DNA of 64,000 nt, taken from Macrostomum lignano. Lineage: Eukaryota. Where the stretch lies: NCBI GenBank assembly GCA_002269645.1, contig NIVC01000056.1, positions 186,001 through 250,000 on the forward strand, in the 5' to 3' direction. Below the pieces are notes generated by a model. That model ran no database searches and had not been told where the DNA came from. It saw only the letters and a program-made list of their open reading frames with translations. The stretch's first letter is position 1. The number at the start of each line of letters is the position of its first letter. This document shows positions 49,680 through 60,800 of this stretch, one piece after another. The position numbers and the translations under genes were made by a program.

Positions 49680-50513
49680 GGTTAGTTAGTTCATTAATTA
49701 GCTAGCTAGCAACCGGCCGCCATCACAACCTGCCAGGACAGCTACCGAGTCGTGTTCGAGACGGTGCGGGGCCGGAACTACGCCCTGCACCAGCACAGCT
49801 ACCTGGGCCTCGGCATGTCGCAGGCCATCCTCACAATGCTCGGCCACGTCGACGCTACCGCGGAGCCGACAGCCAACCTCAGTCGCTACGTGTCGCCCTG
49901 CCTTCACCCGGACTTTTCATCGACCTTCAGCTTCGGCAGCGTCACTGTAGACGTCGCGGGAGATCCCGACGTTGCTCCGGCTGACCGGCTGTCCGTCTGC
50001 CTCCGCGCCGCCCGACGCGCCCTCGCCGGCGGCAACGTGCACCAGCCGCCGGGCGTGAAGCACGCCAAGTTCGTGGCCGTCAGCTCATTTTTCTATGTAG
50101 CCCGCCAGCTGGTTGACTCGGACCCGCAGTGGCGCGCCGCTGTTCCCGGCAACGTGACGTTGATGCAGCTCGCCCAGGCCGCCGGGCGGATGTGCGCCAA
50201 CCCGCCAACCTCTGGCAGGTACGCGCCCTACCTGTGCTTCAACCTGGCCCACATTATCACCCTGCTCAGGGAGGGCTACCGCTTCCAGGAAGAGCAGGCG
50301 CTATACGTCACTGACGCAATCGACGGCTACTCGGCTGGCTGGTCTCTGGGCCTGGCAATCCACTACCTGACCTGCCACGACCCTGTCATCGTCCGTTGCC
50401 TGGTGCCAAACTCGAGCCGCGGCTCCGCTGCCGCATCCCCGGAACTCTGGAGCTTCTTCATGACGGCTGCCGAGCTGCTGCTGCCTGCCGTCATCAACGC
50501 TGCTGGCGCTTGA
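47640..50513 (+). CDS. GDA1/CD39-family apyrase, NTPDase5/6-like (about 458 aa), exons 47640-48239 and 49737-50513
   Basis: Apyrase conserved regions DAGSTGTR, ATAGLRLL, SGREEAEYGW, DMGGGSTQ and GWSLG, plus HSYLGLG. N-terminal signal peptide and a phase-0 GT-AG intron. Confidence 0.92.
48264..49690. repeat. (CAGT)n microsatellite of about 1.37 kb followed by (TAGT)n, filling the apyrase intron
   Basis: No interruption seen from 48264 to 49630. Confidence 0.99.
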
Positions 50514-50891
50514 CGAGCTTCTTAATTGGCTGATGGGGTTGCTTTTTTACCTGTACAGACGGACAGGGACGAGTCAGGGAAGCTCGCCTCTGCTTTTCTG
50601 GGGGTTGGGTCTTTATTTTACATGAGTTTTATTTTTAAGCAGTTTAACTAATGAATTGGGAAAACTGTTGATGCAATAATACATTGCTGCAAATAACTTC
50701 CGATATCTACTATCCTTTTGGGCCTAAACTACAATTTATAATAGCAATTCTGAGACTAAGCCTGCCTACTTACAGTAGCTTTATCGCAACTTTACTTTCT
50801 ATCAGTACAAATTGACTTTCTCAGAGAACATGATCCCGGCCCATTTTACTAGGGGTCAGATGCCCCCTTTCCAAAAGGTAGGTGGAAAGAG

Positions 50892-50931
50892 AGACAGACA
50901 GCGAGACAGCGAGACAGATAGACAGACAGAC

Positions 50932-50976
<45 letters not shown>
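50892..50976. repeat. (GACA)n microsatellite
   Basis: Imperfect GACA run. Confidence 0.9.
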
Positions 50977-51439
50977 TAAATCTCTCCGAGGCGCACTTCA
51001 AGCTGGCAGCATCTACTCAGCGCGGTCGGAAATGTGTTTGCAGCTGCACTGTGCTCGAATTCCTGTTCTGAAAAATATCATAAATTATCCCAGGCAGAGA
51101 CCAGACGGCTCGCATTGTCAGAACAAAGTTTATGGGACTCTGGTGGCTCATAGCGATTCGAATCACGAACTCAGTTTGAGCAGACGAAGGATAAACAGTG
51201 AGCAGTCAGCTGAGTGCTCCTCAGCCTCCCTCCAAAGCTAACAAACAAGATTGGCAACTGTCTTTGAATAGGGCTTCAAGTTTATGCACTCCCTGTGAAA
51301 ACATTAATTTCTACCTGGGTAGCTTCTGATACATGCAGAGATTCAGATTGGTTCAGAGCATTGTGATATTTATGGAACTGAAAGCTAAGTTGGTGACTCG
51401 GGCCCAATAATGGTCTATCTCATAAGTTTAAAGACAATA

Positions 51440-52425
51440 GAATAGGATATAATCGATAGAATAGGATAGAATTCATTGAATAGGAAAGAATCCATTCAAC
51501 AGATAGAATCGATTGAATAGCATAAAATCGATTAAATAGAATAGAACGATATAATTGGATAGAATAGGACAGAATTGATAGTAAAGGATAGAATAGGATA
51601 GAATCGATAAAATATGATACTCGTAGAATCGATGTTATAGGATAGAATAGGATAGAATCCATTAAATAGGATAGAATCGATATTATAGGATAGAATAGGA
51701 TAGATTTGATATTATAGGATAGAAAAGTATAGAATCGATTAAATATGATACTCGTAGAATCGATGTTATAGGATAGAATAGGATAGAATCCATTAAATAG
51801 GATAGAATCGATATTATAGGATAGAATAGGATAGAATTGATATTATAGGATAGAATAGTATAAAATTGATTAAATCGAATAGAATCGATATTATAGGATA
51901 GAATATAATAGAATCGATAAAATATGATACTTGTAGAATCGATTAAATAAGATAGAATTGATATTATAGGATAGAATAGTATAAAATTGATTAAATCGAA
52001 TAGAATCGATTAAATATGATACTCGTAGAATCGATATTTTAGGATAGAATAGGATAGAATCCAATAAATAGGATAGAATCGATATTATAGGATAGAATAG
52101 TATAAAATTGATTAAATCGAATAGAATCGATATTATAGGATAGAATATAATAGAATCGATTAAATATGATACTCGTAGAATCGATATTTTAGGATAGAAT
52201 AGGATAGAATCCAATAAATAGGATAGAATCGATACTATAGGATAGAATAGGATAGAATCCGTTAAATAGGATAGAATCGATATTATAGGATAGAATAGGA
52301 TAGAATCGATATTATAGGATAGAATAGATTATAGTATATCAATTATAGGATATAATTATCGGATACTATGGGATAGACTATAGGATATAATTGATTATAG
52401 TATATAATAGGATAGAATCGATTAA
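51440..52425. repeat. Degenerate AT-rich satellite
   Basis: Shuffled ATAGGATAGAAT and AGAATCGAT modules. Confidence 0.85.
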
Positions 52426-53175
52426 AAGGATGAAGTATAGTTGATGGAAAAAGAAGGAGCACTTGTAAGATATAATTGAAAGAATGAATTGAATAGGATA
52501 CATGTCAGTCCCAGTCAGCGGTTCAGTGATTTTCATATACCATTGCAATGGTGGACAGAGAGATGCCATTATGCATGCATGCAGGGCGGAGTCCGGGAGA
52601 GCCGTTAATAACGCTACTCTAACTCTACAGAAGTACCGCATTACGCTCGTAATAATTTCCAGACTTGGTTGCGGAAAATCCGATCTTCACAGCTACTGCA
52701 AAACTAAGAAATGAGAACAGTCAGAGAAAAATCTCATTAGTTACTTTTCAACAGGCAGGTGGCTCTCGCCAGATTCTTACAGTAACTCAAGATTTTCGAA
52801 GGCTCCAGCCATCTCTCCATGAGCCTTGGAATTGTGTATATATTCCGCTAAAAACGGCCACTATTGTCTTTGTACGCCCGCAGTCTGTTGTTGAAGTCAG
52901 GCTGTTTGAAAAATTACATCTCTTCTGGCATCTGCCGCCCCTGCACTCCCTCATTAGGGCAGGGCGAGGAGGCCTGAGAGATACCGACAGCCAATGACGA
53001 TGAGAGAAGAAGGGAAAGAGGGGGCAGAGAGGGTGAAAGACAAGACAAGAGGGTGAAAACTTGCTACATAAGCGGCAGTCGTAATGCTTCAATGCAAGAC
53101 TATACCCATGTGCAGCGGTGTTGTATACTGCACAGCTCAGTTTGACTGCAATACTCGAACTATTTTTTTCATAAG

Positions 53176-55298
53176 GCCCCGAAGACCATCAAGTTTGTTA
53201 GAGGAACCTATGCAGTTTGGCATGCCGCTCCGGCAACCTGAGTCGGTCGGCATGCCCTCAGTTAGCAGTCGCTTGTCCAATCGACAGGCGCACCAGGTGT
53301 CCAGAAACCGATGGACTTCGCGGCTCTGCGGTTGCTTCTCCGCTAACTCGGAAGCAACTGTCGATGCGTGGACGAATGGTAAGTACATTTATGTCCCTAA
53401 AAGTACATGTAGTACGTAACGGTAGCTAGAGATCAAAGTGTATAAGTGCGGAAGGCCATTATAATCATCCCTCAGCGATCCTCCTCAACTGCCGTGCTTG
53501 TGTATCAGCACACGTAGGCTGGTTAGGGTTCCTCTCCTTTTTATGCCTAACAGCGTGTTTTTTAAGCAAACTATAGAGTTTCTCTAGTTCCCCGTAATCC
53601 TCCGTCTCGTTGATTTCCGCCATTATTTTGGAGCCCTTCAGATTGTCAAGAGGAATCTATAGCGAGTAATAAACATTCGCCAATGCCGTATTTAACCCTT
53701 ATGCTTTCGATGCCCACGCAGCGAAGCGGGCATGCCTCAGACTGGCTGCCCCCGCAGCGAGCTCGATAGTGTTTCTCCCGCGGCCAGCCAGCCTGCAGCT
53801 GCTGCCGTGCTTTTCCAGCTGCGTCGAGACAAAAGTACATACCCCGTATGAGGAGATTTGGCTAGAAGATCGGCCTAGCTATGTAGGAATTCCTAGGAGA
53901 CATCAAATGCAATGAAGCCCTCCTCGCCTAGCGCCTAATCAACATTCTACTTTTTGCCAATACTTGCTACCAACTGTTCTCTACTTGTCGCAGTGTTGCC
54001 TCTGACAATGCAAATTTTTAGGCAGGCCCCTGCCGAACAGGCCTGATCGTCAATTGCAACAGAATTCCGAGCATTTAGAAGAGAATTCAAAGCAGAATTC
54101 AGAGAAAAACCGTCCAGAGCAGCGTCCAGACCAGTGCTCGGAGCAGCGTCCAGACCAGTGCTCGGAGCAGCGTCCAGACCTGTGCTCGGAGCAGCGTCCA
54201 GACCAGTGCTCGGAGCAGCGTCCAGACCTGTGCTCGGAGCAGCGTCCAGACCAGTGCTCGGAGCAGCGTCCAGAGCAGTGCTTGGAGCAGCGTCCAGAGC
54301 AGTGCTCGGAGCAGCGTCCAGAGCAGTGCTCGGAGCAGCGTCCAGAGCAGTGCTCGGAGCAGCGTCCAGAGCAGTGCTCGGAGCAGCGTCCAGAGCAGTG
54401 CTCGGAGCAGCGTCCAGAGCAGTGCTCGGAGCAGCGTCCAGAGAAGAATCCAGAAAAGCGTCCAGCTCATTCAATGCAAATTTCGATGCAACATTACCAA
54501 CCAAAATCACAGCTACATGTTGGCAACTACGCCAACTTGTCAGTCAGTCAAAGGGCAAAAAAACCAGGTCACGAATACGTCAACCTGCCGCACATAGGTC
54601 AGCGTGCTCAAGTGGCTGGCCACGTGGAACCGTGCTCAGCCTACATGGACATCGATTACTCAACCGGCGTTGGCAGGCCGGCTGCGACCGACTGGCAGAA
54701 GCAGCACGCAGCCGTTTTGAGGTGATTTTTCATAAAATTTCTCGCAGTTAAAAATCATTAGAAATACTCCGAGCTATACGAGCTATATACACCAGAAGCT
54801 TAAGCTTAAATTTGTAAAGTCAGACCCGACCATCAAATTTATGTCGATTTCGGCATATCCGTCATGCGATTCGATACCTCATTTGATGGCGGTCTAATCG
54901 AGCTTTTACCGCTAAGCTACTCTGCACCCTAACCCCTAATTAGCAGGTGTTCTGCCAGTTCTTGCCAGCATCAGCAGCAGGGACACCAGCAGCTGGACTA
55001 TGCTCAGCTTGACAACATTCAAGCTGCATCTTCTAATGACACCAAGCCGAAACCAGAAACCGCGGCAGCAGGGGCTGTTGTCTACTGCGAGATCGACCTG
55101 CGAGCTACCGCCGCCCTTGCGGACACGCTTCGAGAAGAGCAGCAGCAGCAGCAACAGCAGCAGCAGACATCAGACAGTCGAGACGCTCCTCAGCGAGCCT
55201 CCTCATTCACGCGCATCCGGTCCACTGTGAGCCGGTCCCTCAGCCGCCTCTCGGCCCGGCGTCAGCTGAGCTCGCCATCTTCGGGAGCGGAAAATTGA
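53176..55298 (+). CDS. 3' exons of a putative tyrosine-phosphorylated docking/adaptor protein with FRS2-like tail motifs; 5' end not found
   Basis: Phase-compatible exons 53176-53378 (tentative), 54022-54721 and 54947-55298. Motifs NYANL, EYVNL, AYMDIDY, LDYAQLD and VYCEIDLRATAAL. Confidence 0.55.
54110..54442 (+). repeat. 24-bp tandem repeat, apparently coding (CSEQRP[D/E]Q)n, about 14 copies
   Basis: Unit GAGCAGCGTCCAGAGCAGTGCTCG lies in frame within exon 54022-54721. Confidence 0.85.
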
Positions 55299-55599
55299 AT
55301 TTTAATAAATTATTTCCAATGCTTTTCTGCTGTTTCTCTTCACCGAACTTAACCTGCCGTCATGGCGCGTCCTTTCTCTCTGTATTTACAAAGTCTGTCT
55401 GTTGTGTCGCAATGTTTTGCATTCTCACCTTTTCGTCTCGTTGAGTCATCAGGTCGACCTGACTACCAAGTCCTACTGTACATGTAAGTACATGGATAGA
55501 CTGAATGTTGTCTGCATTCGAATAAGAAAATATAGAATCTGTATTTTGATTATCGCTCAACTTTTCCTGCTTATACATCAGTGCATCAGAGCCTCACAT

Positions 55600-56240
55600 T
55601 CATGACAGCACCTCTGACATACATGACAGCACCCCTCAAATCCATGACAGCACCCCTCAAATCCATGACAGCACCCCTCACATCCATGACAGCACCTCAG
55701 ACATCCATGACAGCACCCCTCGCATCCATGACAGCACCTCAGACATCCATGACAGCACCCCTCGCATCCATGACAGCACCTCAGACATCCATGACAGCAC
55801 CCCTCGCATCCATGACAGCACCTCAGACATCCATGACAGCACCCCTCACATCCATGACAGCACCCCTCGCATCCATGACAGCACCTCAGACATCCATGAC
55901 AGCACCCCTCGCATCCATGACAGCACCTCAGACATCCATGACAGCACCCCTCGCATCCATGACAGCACCTCAGACATCCATGACAGCACCCCTCGCATCC
56001 ATGACAGCACCTCAGACATCCATGACAGCACCCCTCACATCCATGACAGCACCCCTCGCATCCATGACAGCACCTCAGACATCCATGACAGCACCCCTCA
56101 CATCCATGACAGCACCTCAGACATCCATGACAGCACCCCTCACATCCATGACAGCACCTCAGACATCCATGACAGCACCTCAGACATCCATGACAGCACT
56201 CCTCACATCCATGACAGCACCTCAGACATCCATGACAGCA
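55600..56240. repeat. 21-bp minisatellite
   Basis: CATCCATGACAGCACCTCAGA alternates with CATCCATGACAGCACCCCTCG. Confidence 0.96.
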
Positions 56241-57244
56241 CCTCTACCATCTTTAACAGCACTCCCATCACCCCATATAGTGACAAGCCTGACAACACCA
56301 CAATATCTTCATGGCACCCATAAAAACTTACCCTGACAACGAATTCTGCCTCATATTTCACTACACCGAGCCAACAACGTCCTGTACAATCGCGCAGGGT
56401 TACGTGTACTCATTTATATATCTCAAAGCCGCAGAGGCACCTGATTGAATTCTGCAGATCGCAATCTGACTAATGCAAAACTTCCTCAGTCACTAAGCAA
56501 TCAATCACAGCGGTTAGCAACTAAAACTGGAATTTCTATCTATCAGTCCCCGAGCGGCAAGCCGCATTCTTCAGATAGAATTTCGCCGATCAATTTGAGT
56601 ACAGAAACAAGTCCCCAGACTCCCCTGTCCCCTGGCAAAAGTGCAGCGGCTTCCCAGCCAAGAAGTAAACAATAAATGAGTTAACAAAATACCGGAAAAT
56701 TAAGAAAACTTTTTTATTAAATGTGAGAAGCATCTAAAAATCATAAATGTTTGTTCGGTGCGGTGCATTCCAGCTGATTCCTCCATGAAAACGGGGGGCA
56801 TTCAATGGTGACGAGGCGCTTTACAAACGATCGCATACATAGGAGCAACTAAAGGAAATATTTTTGAAACTCTATGCTCAAAAGTCGCTACTAACGATTC
56901 TCTCATGCGAGTAGTGCAATCAGCGTTTAGCTTAAAATTGAATAACTTGAAAAAAACGATTTTTTGTAAAAAAAAAACAAGCAGCACCGTACAAATATGT
57001 GAACGCATTAATACGGCTACCACCCACCCCCCACGGAGTTGTTAAAACTTAAATTCATAAACCAAATTCTATAGAAACAAACTAAAATCAACATCTTTTC
57101 TATAAAAAGACAATTTGACGACGACAAAAACTGTAAAAAACGGTACAAAAATACAGCGACGGCAGCGCACCAACACTCTGATGAATTCTGGAACATCTTG
57201 CTCTGCTAGCAGAACTTTGGCCTGCTTTTTTCTGCCAGGGGTCC

Positions 57245-57572
57245 GAGGTAACGAATTAGGGTATCGATTTTACCCCAAGGTAACTAATTAGGGTATCGAT
57301 TATACCCCAAGGTAACTAATTAGGGTACCGATTTTACCCCAAGGTAACTAATTAGGGTATCGATTTTACCTTAAGGTAACTAATTAGGGTATCGATTTTA
57401 CCCCAAGGTAACTAATTAGGGTATCGATTTTACCCAAGATAACTAACTAGGGTATCGATTTTACCCAAAGGTAACTAAATAGGGTATCGATTTTACCCTA
57501 AAGTAACTAACTATAAGGTATTTATTTTACCCCAAGGTAACTAATTAGGGTATCGATTTTACCCAAAGGTAC
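57245..57572. repeat. 32-bp minisatellite
   Basis: Unit AGGTAACTAATTAGGGTATCGATTTTACCCCA. Confidence 0.93.
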
Positions 57573-57852
57573 GAGTAACTAACTATGGTAACCATCTTAT
57601 CCCAAAGAACCTACGCTTCTACAAGTCAGATCAAAAGTAAATAAAAAAGTATGGAAAAGTTAATTCCCACTGACTATATGCCTATAAACCAAGGTAGAAC
57701 TCACTAAAATTCGAAAAGGAAGATGTCACTTCAAACACAGAGCTTTCATTGAAATTCAACAAATCCTGCCTTCTGCGGTGAAGCAAGTTAAAAGTAGAAA
57801 AAATTATGGGAAAAAATAGAATTTTTGGTGCAAAGTTTCTTTGTGCTTTTAT

Positions 57853-60800
57853 TCACTGCTGCTGCGGCTGATGGTGCCTCCCGTCCGGTGCCTGCTGGGC
57901 CTGCAAAGCAAGGCTGCGATGAGGTCGGGGTCTCCCGGAGCTGGGTAAATACACTGACGCCTTGGCTATGGGCTGCTGGCCGCCTGAACCTCCCTGCAGT
58001 TTGTAGGGTAGATTGTGCAATAGTTTGTGGTGTAGATTGTGCAGTAGCTTGCGGTGTAGATTGTGCAGTATTTTTATTGTGGATTTAGCGGTTATATATT
58101 TTATTGTTTTGCAGTTTTCATGATTTTTTCTGTGATTATAGTTTAGGTGCAGTAGATTTTTTAAGCATTTTACTTAAGCTAAGGTAGATGCATGGCAGAT
58201 TTTAAGTAGTTTGTTGATTATGCGAGGTTTGCATTCTTCAGGCTCAATTTTAGTGTGAGCGAAGGCGCTCTGCACTCACGAGCTGCTGTGGCGAGGCAGT
58301 CCTGGGCGAGTTTTCAGCCGATGCGTTTCCGAAACCGACCGGCGGCGGGATGAAGCCTCCAGCTGCCACCAGGGACGCCGCGTCCGCAGCTGTTGATGCC
58401 GACATTCGACCGGACACCGCCGAGCGCGGAGTGACGGGCGGCGGAAGGTCGGAGGGCCGCTGGTAGCCCTGCCAGCCACCGATCACGGCCGGGCTCAAGT
58501 GCTGCGGGCTGCGGGTCGGCGGAGGCTTTGGTAGGGGATTCTTGGCCGGGGATTCTCCTGGAAGGAATTCCCTTTGAGGTGATTCTTGTCATGTAGATGA
58601 AGGAGATTCTCAGAGATGGGATTTTTGTCGATTGGGGGTTCTTCTGAAGGGGATTCTCCTGGAGGGGATTCTCCTGGAGGAGATTCTAGAGGGGATTCTC
58701 CTGGAGGAGATTCTAGAGGGGATTCTCCTGGAGGAGATTCTCCTGGAGGGGATTCTCCTGGAAGGAATTCCCTTTGCGGTGATTCTTCTCATGTAGATGA
58801 AGGAGATTCTCAGAGATGGGATTTTTGTCGATTGGGGGTTCTTCTGAAGGGGATTCTCCTGGAGGGGATTCTCCTGGAGGAGATTCTGGAGGGGATTCTC
58901 CTGGAGGAGATTCTCCTGGAGGAGATTCTAGAGGGGATTCTCCTGGAGGGGATTCTCCTGGAGGAGATTCTAGAGGGGATTCTCCTGGAGGAGATTCTGG
59001 AGGGGATTCTCCTGGAGGGGATTCTCCTGGAGGAGATTCTAGAGTGGATTCTCCTGGAGGAGATTCTCCTGGAGGGGATTCTCCTGGAGGAGATTCTCCT
59101 GGAGGGGATTCTCCTGGAGGAGATTCTGGAGGGGATTCTCCTGGAGGAGATTCTCCTGGAGGAGATTCTCCTGGAAGGGATTCTCCTGGAAGGGATTCTC
59201 CTGGAGAAAATTCTCCTGGAGGGAATTCTCCTGGAGAAAATTCTCCTGGAGGGAATTCTCCTTGTATAGATTCTCCTGGAGGAAATTCTCCTGGAGGAGG
59301 TTCTCCTGAAAAGAATTCTCTTGAGAGGTAATTTTCGATTAGTGAATTTCCCAGAAAAAAATCCGTTATAGGTATTGTCAAGTTTGGGATTCTCCTAGAA
59401 AGGATACTCAGTTGGAGATTCTTTTAGAGGGGATGCTCAGGTGGGACTGAGATAATGAATTTATTGGAGTTCTTGGGAATTAATTCTTTGATAAAATTTT
59501 CTCGCTTGATTTCCTGCTTCATTAAAAATATTACAGATAATAATAAAATATAGCTTACGGTTGCAGAGGTTGCAGAGGCGCCGTTGAGCTGGAAAAGCCG
59601 TTCTGACCCGGACTGCTGGACAAAGCCGTGGGCAGAGAGGGAGAAGGCGATTGCTGGCGACCTCCGCTGCCTCCACTGCCGCCTCGCTTGCCTTTTGCTT
59701 TTTTCTTCTTCCGAGTTGGCGCCAATTCAGACGGTGGCAGCTGCTGCGCCTGAAGCTGCTGGGGTGGCGGCAGATGTGGCGGCGTCGGCTCCGTGTGCAG
59801 CTGGTGACGCAAAACTGCGGCGCCTCCCCCACCTGAGTAATTCAGCGGCATGAGCTGCGGCGGCGGGCCGATGAGACGCTGCTTGTCCGGGGGAGTTCGC
59901 GGAGCTGCATGGAGAGCCGGTTTTTATTAAAGGTGTGAGGGGTTGGCTGGGTGAGGGGTTGGCTGGGTGAGGGGTTGGCTGGGTGAGGGGTTGGCTGGGT
60001 GAGGGGTTGGCTGGGTGAGGGGTTGGCTGGGTGAGGGGTTGGCTGGGTGAGGGGTTGGCTGGGTGAGGGGTTGGCTGGGTGAGGGGTTGGCTGGGTGAGG
60101 GGTTGGCTGGGTGAGGGGTTGGCTGGGTGAGGGGTTGGCTGGGTGAGGGGTTGGCTGGGTGAGGGGTTGGCTGGGTGAGGGGTTGGCTGGGTGAGGGGTT
60201 GGCTGGGTGAGGGGTTGGCTGGGTGAGGGGTTGGCTGGGTGAGGGGTTGGCTGGGTGAGGGGTTGGCTGGGTGAGGGGTTGGCTGGGTGAGGGGTTGTCT
60301 GTGTGATAGATTTGACAGGTTTATCAGTTTTTTACTGAATTAGCCATTAATAGTGATAAAGAAGCAAAAAATGGCGTGGAACTAACGATGACCTCCAGCA
60401 ATGGAATCTCCGTCTCTGCCAAACTGCGCAGGAGGCGGTGGTGCCGGCGCTGGCAGCTGCGATGACAACGTCACCGGTGGCTGTTGCTGCGAGGCTTCTG
60501 AAGCTGCGTAGCCGCCTCCAGCCGCCGCGACGGCATCCACCGAGCCGTTGTTTTCAGCCATCTGGCGCTGCAGTTTGTAGGGCGGCTGCGACCGCGTCAG
60601 CCGACGATCGGGATGGGGTGGCTGCTGCGGCGACTGCGGAGTTTGTGGCGTCTGCGGCGTTCGGCTCCTCGGCGAAGCCGTCGGCCGCGGGCCGCCCCTG
60701 GCCGCAGTTGGCCGCCTGGACTCTTGAGCCACCGATGATGCTGCGTTGAAATCTTCGCTGTCCATCGTGCGATAGGACTCGAGCAGCTGCAGCTGCTGCT

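Noticed and set aside
56445-56675. 76-aa Ser/Pro-rich ORF
   Set aside because: It has a non-ATG start, no domain and no linked splice sites.
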